From contig JBAZWB010000002.1 of NCBI GenBank assembly GCA_041660605.1, positions 305,940-347,065 of the forward strand: 41,126 nt of DNA, read 5' to 3'. The first letter of the stretch is position 1. The number at the start of each line of letters is the position of its first letter. The translations under genes were made by a program, and so were the position numbers. The DNA comes from Patescibacteria group bacterium. GTDB lineage: Bacteria > Patescibacteriota > Patescibacteriia > UBA10025 > JAHIVO01. Under the pieces are notes generated by a model that had not been told where the DNA came from, did no database searches, and saw only the letters and a list, made by a program, of their open reading frames with translations. Below are positions 8,736 through 19,147 of the stretch, in pieces.

Positions 8736-10016
8736 TTAGCTATTATTTTTTTCCAGCCACTCAAACACTTTGCGGCTGCGCATCATATTCTGCAGATAAT
8801 CTCGGTATTCCTCGGAATCTATCTGGCCAAGCACTTCTTTATTATCGTGGTACTGGACTTTTTGCTTTTTTAATTCTGCTTCAACTTCCTGATCGCTGGC
8901 GTCAATCTTTTCTTTCTGAGAAATCTCGCGTAAAGCCAGAGCGATTTTAATGCGCTGCTCTGCTTTGGGAGCGAATTCTTTTTCCAGCTCTTCCTTCGTC
9001 TTTTTGATGCTGGCCAGATAATCCTCAAATTTCATGCCTTGGTTGACAACTTCGTGCTCTAACTCATGCATTATTTTATGCAACTCCGCGTCCGTTAAAA
9101 CCTGGGGTATCTCATCATATTTCGCCTTGGCCACGATTTTTTCAGTAATGGCCAGCTCAAGGCGCTGCTGTTCTTTCATTTCTTTTTCCCTGTGAATATT
9201 GTTTTCGATCTGCTGGCGCAATTCGTCCAACTTTTCAAACTTGCCGACCATTTTAGCGAATTCATCATTCAATGGAGGCAATTCTATCTCAAAAATATTA
9301 TTTATCTTTACTTTGAATTCCGCCGGCCGGTTAGCTAGTTCTTTTTTATGATACTCCTTGGGGAATTTCAGCTGGAATTCCTTGCTTTGGCCAATGCTTA
9401 GGCCGATCAGGCTTTCCTCAAAACCCGGGATAAAATGCCCTTCGCCGATTACGACCGCCTGATTTTTCGCTTTACCGCCGTCAATCGGCACTTTATCTAC
9501 GAATGTTTCCATATCAATTTCGACTTTGTCGGTTTTTTGGATAGGGCGCGTAACGCTTTTTTCCTTGCCAAACATCCTCTGCAGATTACTCATCGTATCT
9601 TCAATTTCCTTGGCCTCAACTTTCTGCTCTTTCCTGGCTATTTTTAGGCCCTGGTATTGTCCAATCACGATCTGCGGCAATAAAGCCACGGTAGCCTTAT
9701 AAATCAGGGGATTTTCTGGTGCAATTTTTTCAATGTGAATCTGGGGCGAGCCTACAGTAATTAATTTATTGTCCTTGACTGCCCGGGGATAAGTCCTGCT
9801 CACGGCCTTTTCCGCAGCCAACTGATAAATTTTCATAATGCCAGCCTGCCTGGCGACTATTTCAAACGGCGCCTTGCCTGGCCGGAAGCCTGGTATTTTA
9901 GTATCAGCGGAGATTTCTTCGACCGCCTGATTCAAATACGGCTTAAGCTCCTCGGGTGATAACTCAATAATTAACTCAGCCTGGCTTTTCGGTAATTTCT
10001 TTACTTCTACCTTCAT
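8736..10016 (-). CDS. tig: trigger factor
   Basis: MKVEVKKLPKSQAELIIEL start, the GFRPGKAP ribosome-binding signature, and a central FKBP-like region. Confidence 0.9.
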   Translation of the reverse strand: MKVEVKKLPKSQAELIIELSPEELKPYLNQAVEEISADTKIPGFRPGKAPFEIVARQAGIMKIYQLAAEKAVSRTYPRAVKDNKLITVGSPQIHIEKIAPENPLIYKATVALLPQIVIGQYQGLKIARKEQKVEAKEIEDTMSNLQRMFGKEKSVTRPIQKTDKVEIDMETFVDKVPIDGGKAKNQAVVIGEGHFIPGFEESLIGLSIGQSKEFQLKFPKEYHKKELANRPAEFKVKINNIFEIELPPLNDEFAKMVGKFEKLDELRQQIENNIHREKEMKEQQRLELAITEKIVAKAKYDEIPQVLTDAELHKIMHELEHEVVNQGMKFEDYLASIKKTKEELEKEFAPKAEQRIKIALALREISQKEKIDASDQEVEAELKKQKVQYHDNKEVLGQIDSEEYRDYLQNMMRSRKVFEWLEKNNS

Positions 10017-10029
10017 AGTTTATTATTTA

Positions 10030-10569
10030 TTATAATTTATTATCTTGTAATTTCATTATATAGGCGGTCAAGTTCACCAGCACGTGGAATAAGAAGCCGA
10101 GCAGTACGGCCGCTGAAACTATCTTCCAGCCTGGGAAATAAAAGAGGCTGACAAATAAAATTGCGCCAACCACATAGTCAATCTGATCAAACGGTACCCA
10201 GGTTTTGCCTGGCGTGATGTTTAGACGGCGCTTGAAATAACTTTTAACCAGGTCACCTAGAACTGCTCCTAAAGACAGTAGAAAACCAATATTCCAGTCA
10301 TTTTCCGTATAGCTGATTATACTTAATTTATTGAAAAAATCAAACTGGTGCAGGTATTGCTGCAGCCAAAAAAATAAAACACCAAAGATAATGCCGAATA
10401 TAAGGCCGCGCCAGGTTTTATGATCACCGAAAATTCGCTTGCTCCGGAAACTTTTACCAAAATCAACCGGATAATTGAAGCAGGGGAAGAACCGCGACAA
10501 TGACGCGGCGATATTTGCCGCCCCCGCTGGAAAGAAAAACCAGATTACCTGACCAATATATAACAGCAT
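10030..10569 (-). CDS. CarS-like (DUF46, CDP-archaeol synthase family) membrane cytidylyltransferase
   Basis: FFPAGAANIAASL ... PVDFGK ... RIFGDHKTWRGLIFG resembles the CarS family core. Polytopic membrane protein. Confidence 0.5.
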   Translation of the reverse strand: MLLYIGQVIWFFFPAGAANIAASLSRFFPCFNYPVDFGKSFRSKRIFGDHKTWRGLIFGIIFGVLFFWLQQYLHQFDFFNKLSIISYTENDWNIGFLLSLGAVLGDLVKSYFKRRLNITPGKTWVPFDQIDYVVGAILFVSLFYFPGWKIVSAAVLLGFLFHVLVNLTAYIMKLQDNKL

Positions 10570-10640
10570 AAATATTAAAAAATAGCCTGAATTAACTTAA
10601 TTCTAGCAGAAAACCCGCATTTTTGATACTTAAAGACGCT

Positions 10641-11447
10641 TTAAGGCCATTTTATTTTAACCGTCTCTTGGCTATGGAAAACTTTTTTAACCAAACTGCC
10701 CATTTGCTCCGCTGCTGCGATTATTACCTCTGGTTTGGTTTCAAAACGGCTTAATTCCCAGTCATTGTCAGGCAAAATTTCAAATATTGAATCATTGTCA
10801 AAACAATGCGTTTTCTGTTCGCGGTTATTATAAACGACTAAAATATCCGTGGCACCGGCATCTATGGCCTTCTGAACATGTAAAAAACCGCCATTATAAT
10901 TTCCCACATCCATATAGCGACTCCCATTAATGCTCACTGCTCCAGGATGCAGATAGGGAATGGAAATAGTTGCTTCCAGTAATTCGAAATATGCACTTGG
11001 CGCATAATCATGAATCTCTAAATATTTGATTTTATCGGTCTGAACATGGCGCAAGGCGACGTACACCTTTGTCTGACAGTTTAAAATATTCTGAACATTA
11101 AGCGGTTTTGTGTTTTTAAAAACCGAGATTAGATAATCTATATCAACTATCTTCCAGAAGCGCAGAAAATTAATGAATCTCCTGCCGATTAAATCCTGGT
11201 AATAGATAGATATCCCCAGCTGAGTGCCACCAGCCAATAAGTACGAAATGTTCGGCAGGCCGGCTGAGATAACATATACCTCATCAAAAACATTGGCTAA
11301 GCCAAGTTCATCCAAGGCAACTATGGCACCGCCTCCCCGCACTCCGGTAATCAAACCGCCAAAAAGCACCAGCGCTATTTTCCGGCCGTCATTTATTGGC
11401 ACTTTCTTGCCACGCCGGGCGAGAATATTTTCGATAACCGTGGACAT
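10641..11447 (-). CDS. patatin-like phospholipase family protein
   Basis: Glycine-rich oxyanion region LFGGLITGVRGGG, nucleophile elbow VISAG, and a later DVG. The first Gly of GxSxG is not conserved. Confidence 0.5.
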   Translation of the reverse strand: MSTVIENILARRGKKVPINDGRKIALVLFGGLITGVRGGGAIVALDELGLANVFDEVYVISAGLPNISYLLAGGTQLGISIYYQDLIGRRFINFLRFWKIVDIDYLISVFKNTKPLNVQNILNCQTKVYVALRHVQTDKIKYLEIHDYAPSAYFELLEATISIPYLHPGAVSINGSRYMDVGNYNGGFLHVQKAIDAGATDILVVYNNREQKTHCFDNDSIFEILPDNDWELSRFETKPEVIIAAAEQMGSLVKKVFHSQETVKIKWP

Positions 11448-11509
11448 AAATATAATTATAAATTTAGCGCTATAACGCCTTTAGAATAAATAATACTCCT
11501 AATTTACAA

Positions 11510-12967
11510 TTAAGTTTTCGGCCGGCTATCTACAATTCTTTTTTCCTTTAGTTCTGTTTCCATGCCCAGCATCTGCAGCAGCTCCGGCAGTTTTTTCTCC
11601 ACGACCGTAGCCGCGACAAAAACTTCGTTGCGCAGCCGTAAATTGATTTTGCTTTTCATTTCTTCAATATTAACGCCGGACTTAGGAGCCACATAAAGGA
11701 ATATTTCGTCAATTTCATAAGGATCATTGTTTTTTTTCTTTATTTCCACCTGCCATTCCTCAATTTCATTAATGCTGGACAGTAACGGATAAAACTGATT
11801 TAAATTCACCAGCTCGCCTTTCACTTTAGTCAGGTGGAATTCCTTAATTTCCGAAGTGCGTTGGATATCCATTTTAATGCGCGGTACGGTCTTGCCGCAA
11901 TGCGGACAGGGTTCATACTCAATGCCCTCGGTCATATCGCCGGTGCGGTAGCGGACCGCCACCGTGCCGCGCCAGCCCAGAGAGGTATAAACCAGCTCGC
12001 CCGGCTCTCCGTCCTTCACCCGATTGCCATTTTTATCAATCACTTCGAAATACTCCAAATCCGGATAAGTATGGTAGCCAGAACGCTCGTGGCACTGGAT
12101 CCAGGCGGTTTTACCCTCGGTAAAGGCGTAGGTGGAGAGGAAGCGTACATCCTTGGCACCCAGCTCAGACAGAAGCGCTTTTACTTTTTCCTTCAATCCG
12201 ATGCTGGCTCGCTCGCCGCCGCTAATAATCGTCTTGATGCTGGAAAAATCTTTTTTCTGCTTCAAAGCCTCCCGGAGCAGGTGGTAGCCGTAGCCGGGGA
12301 TGAAAACCACGATACCGGCTTTCAGGCTCTGGATAGCGTCCATTATTTTTTGCGTGCCCATTATCTTGCCGCCGCCGGTTTGCACGGAAGTCAGGCCGAG
12401 CTTGATAAAGGCGTTGTATGCCTGCCAAAAAGCCAGATGGGGAGCGTAAGGGAAGGCATTGATAGCTACCAGATCCCGCGAAATATTTGCCACATTGAGC
12501 ATCCTTTCGCCCGCCTCCTGCATGGTTTCAATGTCCTTGGCGGAATAAACGCAGGGCGTGGGAGTGGCAGTGCGGCCAGTGGTGAAATGCATATGTATCG
12601 GCTTATAATTCCATTCCAGCCTTCTTTTTACATCCTGCTTGGTCACTTTACCCCAAATAATTTTGGCTAGCATTTTTTTGCTGGCATGCTTTTTTATCAG
12701 CTGCTCATCCGGCTGGAGGATGAATTGGCGCGGCTTGGCCGGCTCTTCCGGGCTGGGAGCAATGTCGATTTTGGATGTAAAAGGGACTCTCTGCAAATCA
12801 TCAATATTTTTTATGGAACTGAAATTAATTTTATGCTTTTTAAATAATTCCCGGAAAAAAGGTGCATAAGGCAATTCATGCCGGAAAAAATACCGTAATT
12901 TCTGGTTTTGGACCTCTTTAATCTGCTCCAGAGGCAATTTTGAAAATTCTAGCCAATCTAATGCCAT
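11510..12967 (-). CDS. adenylate-forming enzyme, PaaK / F390-synthetase-like acyl-CoA ligase family
   Basis: FTTGRTATPTP (degenerate A3 motif), YAFTEG (A5), YRTGD (A7). Size and layout fit the PaaK-like family. Confidence 0.55.
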   Translation of the reverse strand: MALDWLEFSKLPLEQIKEVQNQKLRYFFRHELPYAPFFRELFKKHKINFSSIKNIDDLQRVPFTSKIDIAPSPEEPAKPRQFILQPDEQLIKKHASKKMLAKIIWGKVTKQDVKRRLEWNYKPIHMHFTTGRTATPTPCVYSAKDIETMQEAGERMLNVANISRDLVAINAFPYAPHLAFWQAYNAFIKLGLTSVQTGGGKIMGTQKIMDAIQSLKAGIVVFIPGYGYHLLREALKQKKDFSSIKTIISGGERASIGLKEKVKALLSELGAKDVRFLSTYAFTEGKTAWIQCHERSGYHTYPDLEYFEVIDKNGNRVKDGEPGELVYTSLGWRGTVAVRYRTGDMTEGIEYEPCPHCGKTVPRIKMDIQRTSEIKEFHLTKVKGELVNLNQFYPLLSSINEIEEWQVEIKKKNNDPYEIDEIFLYVAPKSGVNIEEMKSKINLRLRNEVFVAATVVEKKLPELLQMLGMETELKEKRIVDSRPKT

Positions 12968-13120
12968 ATAATTTATTATTAATTATCATTTAATAATCTT
13001 AGCTCTAAGCCTGCCGCTTGGCAAATTGAATATTTACTTAATATTCCGCTTCCTGCGCTTTAATAACAAAAACACTGTTCAGAGAATAAACTGTCAGTAT
13101 TTTTGTCATTTTGATAAGTT

Positions 13121-13762
13121 TTAAAACGGATAATTTTTTCCGCATAGCCGGCCGATGGCCTGCATTAATTTTTTGGTTGCCTCCTGCAACAGTGGCTTGT
13201 CTATTTCCCTGTTGGAAAATTCTGATAAATCAACGGCTGGCCCGAAATTAATATCCACCTTCTGGTCTTTGTGCCAGAGACTCCGAAACGCCTTGCCGAT
13301 ACGATGGCCGGTATTATTCCTAAGACCAACCGGAATTAGAGGTACTTTGGTAGCTAAAGCCATGCGCGCCGCGCCAGTTTTGGCTATAAGCAAATTATGC
13401 CGATCCTGATTTCTCGTGCCTTCGGGAAAAATACCGACTATCTCTCCGCGTTTCAGGACATCAATTGCCTCCCTTAATGAATCACCTCTCTTATCATCAA
13501 AAACCGGAATCATGCCCAGCCAATTCCTGGCTAATTTCTGGCCCCAGAGCTTCCACATCCTCTCATTAGTCAGATAAAAAGTTCGTCGGCCATTATATTT
13601 AAGATAAATATAAGTTACCAGGACCAGCCCGTCCATAAAACCGACATGGTTCAAGGCCAGGATAAACGGCGGTTTTGCGGGTAAAAATTGTTCACCCTCA
13701 ACCACGCCTATCTTATTGCGTATGAACGGGCCTAATATCTGGCGAAATCCTCCGTAAGCCAT
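13121..13762 (-). CDS. plsC: 1-acyl-sn-glycerol-3-phosphate (lysophospholipid) acyltransferase
   Basis: NHVGFMDG (HxxxxD) and FPEGTR motifs. Confidence 0.8.
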   Translation of the reverse strand: MAYGGFRQILGPFIRNKIGVVEGEQFLPAKPPFILALNHVGFMDGLVLVTYIYLKYNGRRTFYLTNERMWKLWGQKLARNWLGMIPVFDDKRGDSLREAIDVLKRGEIVGIFPEGTRNQDRHNLLIAKTGAARMALATKVPLIPVGLRNNTGHRIGKAFRSLWHKDQKVDINFGPAVDLSEFSNREIDKPLLQEATKKLMQAIGRLCGKNYPF

Positions 13763-13768
13763 ATCTGG

Positions 13769-15763
13769 TTAGATTATAAAACCAATTATCAGCAGGGCGA
13801 CAATGTTCAGGATCTTGATCATCGGGTTGATGGCTGGTCCGGCAGTGTCCTTATAAGGATCACCGACCGTATCACCGGTTACCGCCGCTTGGTGCGCTAC
13901 CGATCCCTTGCCGCCATGTGCCCCGGTTTCAATATATTTCTTGGCATTGTCCCAGGCAGCTCCGCCGGTAGTCATGGAAATAGCCACGAAGATTCCGGTC
14001 ACGATACTGCCGACTAACAAGCCACCGAGAGCCACTGGGCCCAGCAGCCAGCCGACTAAAATCGGGGCGGCCAGCGGTATCAAGGCCGGGACTATCATCT
14101 CGCGTATTGCTCCTTTGGTCACGATATCCACCGTCCGCGCGTAATCCGGCTTGGATGTCCCTGCCATGATACCTTTATCTTCTTTAAACTGGCGCCGTAC
14201 TTCGCTTACCACTTTGCCGGCAACTTTACCGACAGCCTGCATAGCCTGCGCGCCGAAAAAGTAGGGCAGCATGCCGCCGATGAATAAACCTATCAAAACC
14301 TTGGGATCATCCAAAACAAAAGAGAATAATTTTCCCTTAGCCATCAGTTCCTGGGAGTATGAGGCGAATAAAACAATAGCCGCTAAACCAGCTGAACCAA
14401 TGGCATATCCCTTGGTCACCGCCTTGGTGGTGTTTCCAACTGCATCCAGGGCATCGGTTGATTCACGCACGCTGGCCGGTAAACCTGCCATTTCCGCGAT
14501 GCCGCCGGCATTATCAGTAATTGGGCCGTAAGAATCTATAGTCACGATAATGGCAGTCAAAGACAACATACTCATAACCGCGATAGCCACTCCATAAATA
14601 TCAGCTAAAGTAAAAGCCGCCAAAATGCCGCCGCTGATTACTAGGACGGGCAGGGCGGTTGATTTCATGGAAACCGCCAGGCCGGTAATAATATTAGTCG
14701 CGTGTCCGGTTACCGAACTGTCGGCCACTGAACGCACAGGACCGTATTTCGTGGAAGTGTAATACTCGGTAATAATAACCAGTAGGGCAGTCACTACCAG
14801 ACCGACGATTGAGGCCAGATAAAGATTCATAACCGTATAAGTGCCGTTATCCTTCATCAGCCAATTGGTAATCGGATAAAAACCGGCCGCCGCCAAAACG
14901 CCGGTGACAATCAGGCCGCGATACAACGCGCCCATGATATTTTTTTTCTTGCCCAGGCGTATGAAAAATACCCCGATCACCGAACTGATAATGGCTAATG
15001 CCCCGATCAGCAGGGGAAATAATAAAGCGTTGTCAAAATTTTTAAAAATAAGAGAGCCCAGCAGCATGGTCGCCACGGCTGTGACTGCATAAGTTTCAAA
15101 TAAATCCGCGGCCATACCGGCGCAATCGCCGACATTATCACCGACATTATCGGCAATCACCGCCGGATTGCGTGGGTCATCCTCGGGAATGCCGGCCTCA
15201 ACTTTGCCGACTAAATCTGCACCAACATCCGCCGCTTTGGTATAAATACCGCCGCCCAGCCTGGCAAAAATGGAGATTAAACTGCCGCCAAATCCCAAGC
15301 CAATTAATGCTTTAATATCGTGGGTCAATGCAAAATAACCAGCCACGCCTAAAAGCCCCAAGCCTGCCACAAACAAGCCTGTTACCGCGCCGCCTCTGGC
15401 AGAAACGCTCAGTGCCTCAGCTAAACCTTTTTTGGCGGCTTCAGCGGTCCGGACGTTGGCGCGCACCGAGACGTTCATGCCGATATAACCGGCCAACGCG
15501 GATAAAACCGCGCCGATAATAAACCCAATAGCCGTTTTCAAATCTATAAACAGCCAAAGGAGAATAAAGATTACCGCGGCAATGACAGCAATAGTTTTGT
15601 ACTGGCGGTTTAAATAAGCGCGGGCGCCCTCCTGAATGGCTTTGGCGATTGACTGCATTTTTTCATCGCCCTTGGGCAGACGCAAAATCCAGCGGATTAA
15701 AAATAATCCATAGAGGATTGCCAAACCGGCTGAACACAGGGAAATAATTATCGGCAGTGACAT
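13769..15763 (-). CDS. hppA: membrane-bound pyrophosphate-energised pump, K+-independent type by motif
   Basis: About 16 TM helices; motifs [37 protein letters not shown] (Lys rather than Ala at the K+-dependence position) and [14 protein letters not shown]. Confidence 0.9.
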   Translation of the reverse strand: MSLPIIISLCSAGLAILYGLFLIRWILRLPKGDEKMQSIAKAIQEGARAYLNRQYKTIAVIAAVIFILLWLFIDLKTAIGFIIGAVLSALAGYIGMNVSVRANVRTAEAAKKGLAEALSVSARGGAVTGLFVAGLGLLGVAGYFALTHDIKALIGLGFGGSLISIFARLGGGIYTKAADVGADLVGKVEAGIPEDDPRNPAVIADNVGDNVGDCAGMAADLFETYAVTAVATMLLGSLIFKNFDNALLFPLLIGALAIISSVIGVFFIRLGKKKNIMGALYRGLIVTGVLAAAGFYPITNWLMKDNGTYTVMNLYLASIVGLVVTALLVIITEYYTSTKYGPVRSVADSSVTGHATNIITGLAVSMKSTALPVLVISGGILAAFTLADIYGVAIAVMSMLSLTAIIVTIDSYGPITDNAGGIAEMAGLPASVRESTDALDAVGNTTKAVTKGYAIGSAGLAAIVLFASYSQELMAKGKLFSFVLDDPKVLIGLFIGGMLPYFFGAQAMQAVGKVAGKVVSEVRRQFKEDKGIMAGTSKPDYARTVDIVTKGAIREMIVPALIPLAAPILVGWLLGPVALGGLLVGSIVTGIFVAISMTTGGAAWDNAKKYIETGAHGGKGSVAHQAAVTGDTVGDPYKDTAGPAINPMIKILNIVALLIIGFII

Positions 15764-15786
15764 ACTTACTTTTTATTAATTATTAA

Positions 15787-17229
15787 TTATTTTGAGTCTT
15801 CCTTCTTTTCTTTTTTAGCTTCTGCGGTTTTTTCCTTTGCCTTAGGCTCTTCTTTTTTTACTTTTTTTTCTTCAACCGGCTGTTCTTCCTTTTTTTCTGC
15901 CTTAGCCGGCTTGGCTTTTTTTTCTTGCCCAGGCTCTTCCTCTGGCGCTTTAGCCACCTCTTCCGGCTTTTTTTCCTCATTAGACTTTGCTCCGTCCTTA
16001 ACCTCCGCTTTTTTGGCTCCGTCGGCCTGGGAGACCCTCCCGCTCTTGTCAGAAACTATATCAATTTTCCAGCCGGATAATTTGGCGGAGAGGCGGACAT
16101 TTTGCCCGGCCTTGCCGATAGCTAGCGACAGCTGATCTTCCTTTACTTCCGCCAAAGCAGTTTTATCACTTTCGTTTGTCTTCACATTCAAAACCTTGGC
16201 TGGCGATAAAGCATTAGTGATGAATTTAACCGGATCATCTTCCCATTCAATAATGTCTATCTTCTCTCCGCCTATTTCGGAAATTATCGTCTGCACGCGT
16301 GAACCGCGCTGGCCCACACAGGAGCCGACCGGATCAATATTCTTTTGGTTGGTGGCGACGGCAATCTTGGTGCGCGAACCGGCTTCCCTGGCTATAGCTT
16401 TTATTTCCACCGCGCCATTGGAGACTTCGGGCACTTCCAGGAAAAAAAGTTTTTTGACCATTTCCGGATGAGAGCGTGAAAGGATTATTTCCGGACCCTT
16501 AGGGGTGATATTAACCGCCACTACATATAATTTTAGGCGCTGGCCAGGCGTATATCTCTCCCGCGGAATTTGTTCTGATGGAGGCAATAATGCAGTGGCC
16601 GGCCCCAGATCAATCAACACCATTTTTCCTTCCTGGCGCTGAATGGTGCCGTTGATAACTTCGCCCTCCTTATTTTTGAACTCTTTGTAAATAGTATCTC
16701 GTTCCGCTTCCCGCAGACGCTGTATTATTACCTGCTTAGCCGTCTGGGCGGCCATGCGCCCATATGCAGCCGGGGGGAATAATTCAGTCTTGATGACATC
16801 ATCTAATTTCGCGCCTTTTTTCAGTTTCTTTGCTTCAGTTAAAGTTATTTCTGTTTTTGGGTTGAAGCGCTCAATTTTTTCCTCGCCCTCTTCTGTTTCT
16901 TCCTTTGGCGCCTCTTTAACTAGCCTCTCTTCATTTAAAGAATCCTTAGCCTCTGTTTCTCCGGCTTCTTCTTTGGCTTTTTTCTCCTCGCGTAATAGCT
17001 CGGTCAGGGCTGCTTTTTCATCGGTGACCACGGTTTTAACGTCAAAAACGCGGGCCTGCGCGCTATTGATATCGTATTCCACTTTTACATTCTGATTTTT
17101 TTCGCCGAAATCCTTACGATAAGCAACGGCTAAAGCCGCTTCAATTGTTTCAATTACCGATTCCAGGGTAATGTTTTTCTCCTCGCAAATTTGCTTCGCC
17201 GCCTGTAAGATCTCATTTGAATTAGCCAT
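15787..17229 (-). CDS. nusA: transcription termination/antitermination factor NusA with K/E-rich insertion and C-terminal tail
   Basis: N-terminal domain, S1 region and two KH regions (GSRVQTI, IGKAGQNVRL). The last ~85 aa are low-complexity K/E/A/P. Confidence 0.9.
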   Translation of the reverse strand: MANSNEILQAAKQICEEKNITLESVIETIEAALAVAYRKDFGEKNQNVKVEYDINSAQARVFDVKTVVTDEKAALTELLREEKKAKEEAGETEAKDSLNEERLVKEAPKEETEEGEEKIERFNPKTEITLTEAKKLKKGAKLDDVIKTELFPPAAYGRMAAQTAKQVIIQRLREAERDTIYKEFKNKEGEVINGTIQRQEGKMVLIDLGPATALLPPSEQIPRERYTPGQRLKLYVVAVNITPKGPEIILSRSHPEMVKKLFFLEVPEVSNGAVEIKAIAREAGSRTKIAVATNQKNIDPVGSCVGQRGSRVQTIISEIGGEKIDIIEWEDDPVKFITNALSPAKVLNVKTNESDKTALAEVKEDQLSLAIGKAGQNVRLSAKLSGWKIDIVSDKSGRVSQADGAKKAEVKDGAKSNEEKKPEEVAKAPEEEPGQEKKAKPAKAEKKEEQPVEEKKVKKEEPKAKEKTAEAKKEKKEDSK

Positions 17230-17333
17230 ATTTTTTAAGCTATTAATAAATTATCCAATAAAATAGACTAGTTTAATGTAAACTAGCCTCTATAAACAAG
17301 TATAAAACAACTGCTGAATAAAATCAACCTCTT

Positions 17334-17693
17334 TTAACCCAGATATATATTTTTATAATGGTAAAGCCTTGGCCGCCATGATTTAATGATCACTATCGCG
17401 TCAACACGGAAACTAGTAAAATCATTCTCCGCCAAATACTGGCCAATAACCTTTTCCAGCCTGGCCATTTTTCTCTGATCAATGGTTTCGTCGGGGCGGC
17501 TGAATCTGACCGATGATCTGGCTTTTACCTCTACAAAAACCAATTCTTTGCGGCTCCTGTCGTAGGCAATAATATCGATCTCGCCGCAATTCTTCTGCCA
17601 GTGCCCGGTAATGATTAAATATCCCTTGCTGACAAGATACTCCCTGGCTATGTCCTCGCCCCATTGACCCAGCTTCTGCCGGTAGTTTGCCAT
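17334..17693 (-). CDS. YraN-family (UPF0102) endonuclease-like protein
   Basis: GEDIAREYL ... GEIDIIA ... VFVEVKAR pattern. Confidence 0.8.
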   Translation of the reverse strand: MANYRQKLGQWGEDIAREYLVSKGYLIITGHWQKNCGEIDIIAYDRSRKELVFVEVKARSSVRFSRPDETIDQRKMARLEKVIGQYLAENDFTSFRVDAIVIIKSWRPRLYHYKNIYLG

Positions 17694-17783
17694 AAAAAAA
17701 TCCCCAATTATTAAAGGGGAAGTTCTTTTTCTGTCTCAATGCTATATGCTATTAGCCATAAGCCATACTCTATATACTATAAA

Positions 17784-18341
17784 CTACCGCTTCTCAAATA
17801 TCAAGCCAAAATGATACGGCCCGGCGTCCACTTGCTTGGTTAATATCAGGCCACTGGCAGCCGCCATTTGCTTGACTTCTTCCGGCTCCAGATAATTCAA
17901 TTGATGCGGAGTCAAATGCAATCCGCTTTTTTTCCAGTCCACCACCAGCAACTGGCCTTTGCGCTTCAGCATACGGCCGGCCTCCCGAAAAATCTCGTGG
18001 TGCTTCTGTGACTGAAAAAGTATCTGTACTAATAAAACCAAATCCAGCGATCCATCCTTAATTCTTTTTGCGCCGCCGTAAACCTCCGCGTTTGACCAGA
18101 CGCTTTGAATGTTAGTCAGGCCGAAAATTCGCGCCTTGCTGAGCAAAGAAGACAAGGCGGTTTTCAAAACGTCCACTCCATAAACCTGGCCGTGATCGCC
18201 GACCATTCTGGCCGCCTGCATGACGAAATAACCGCCGCCGCATCCTAAATCAGCCACCTTTGAGCCCAGCATAATATTTGTATGCCTCAGCAATTGCTCG
18301 GGATTTAAAAATGATTCACCTGATGGATTCTTTTGTGTCAT
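17784..18341 (-). CDS. class I SAM-dependent methyltransferase
   Basis: Motif I VADLGCGGGYF, with a later DLVLL. Confidence 0.7.
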   Translation of the reverse strand: MTQKNPSGESFLNPEQLLRHTNIMLGSKVADLGCGGGYFVMQAARMVGDHGQVYGVDVLKTALSSLLSKARIFGLTNIQSVWSNAEVYGGAKRIKDGSLDLVLLVQILFQSQKHHEIFREAGRMLKRKGQLLVVDWKKSGLHLTPHQLNYLEPEEVKQMAAASGLILTKQVDAGPYHFGLIFEKR

Positions 18342-18386
18342 ACAGTAGGTATTATATCACAATTCAATAAATTCATTAAGGAAAAT

Positions 18387-18995
18387 CTACCTAAATGATT
18401 TCATCGGCTCAAATGACAGCCGGTGCAAATCACAAATGCCCAGCGCTTTTAATTGCCGGTGATGCTGCCTGGTCCCATAGCCTTTATTCTCGTCAAAATT
18501 ATATCCAGGGTATTTTATATGATACTTTCTCATTATCCGGTCGCGGAATACTTTAGCGATTATGGAAGCGGCGGCGATAGAAAATATTTGAGAATCGCCC
18601 CTGATGACAGCCTGCGACTCAATGCTGCGAAAAATTAGAGGGAAGCCGTCAACCAAAACATAATGCGGTTTTGTTTTTAATTTGCTGACCGCTCCGCGTA
18701 AAGCCATTTTATTAGCCGGCGAAATTCCCATTCTATCTATTTGCTTCTGACTAATAACGCAGAAACTGTATTCAACGGCTGTTTTTATTATTTGAGGATA
18801 AAGTTTTTCGCGGTGCGCGGGAGTTAGCTTTTTTGAATCATTAACGCCTTTTATTTTACAGTTCGCTGGTAAAATAACTGCCGCGGCCACCAGCGGCCCA
18901 GCCCAGGCGCCGCGGCCGACCTCATCAACGCCGGCAATTAATCGATAGCCGCTTTTCCGTAATTTATTTTCTAACCGATGAGTTGGTTTTTTCAT
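18387..18995 (-). CDS. rnhB: ribonuclease HII
   Basis: Motifs GVDEVGRGAWAGPLV, DSKKL and IAAASIIAK. The ATG (MKKPTH) is preferred over the upstream GTG at 19019 used by the ORF track. Confidence 0.85.
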   Translation of the reverse strand: MKKPTHRLENKLRKSGYRLIAGVDEVGRGAWAGPLVAAAVILPANCKIKGVNDSKKLTPAHREKLYPQIIKTAVEYSFCVISQKQIDRMGISPANKMALRGAVSKLKTKPHYVLVDGFPLIFRSIESQAVIRGDSQIFSIAAASIIAKVFRDRIMRKYHIKYPGYNFDENKGYGTRQHHRQLKALGICDLHRLSFEPMKSFR

Positions 18996-19147
18996 ATAAT
19001 TTAAGTATACTCCATTCACTAAGCAGTGTCCTTACTTAATATATTAAAACCTTCTAAGTGGAAATAATTCTGACAATTATAGTATACTTAGAGTCAGAAA
19101 TACTTATAGTTATCGATTGATAAAGTAATCAATTAAAAAAATAAATT

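Noticed and set aside
11834-12670. 278-aa plus-strand ORF
   Set aside because: It is an antisense shadow ORF inside the adenylate-forming enzyme gene, with an Ala/Gly/Arg-rich nonsense composition. The same reasoning applies to 21701..22381 and 22787..23341 (inside pnp), 26069..26515 (inside the recombinase gene), 32385..32882 (inside the kinase gene), and 13908..15519 (fragments inside hppA).
17751-17763. 13-nt match (attagccataagc) to the reverse complement of 24617-24629, and recurrent gctata/ctataaact words in spacers
   Set aside because: A 13-mer match is expected by chance at this window size. The short words look like -10-box-like AT-rich promoter or spacer composition, as in the tatgct/tataaa boxes of the promoters called above.
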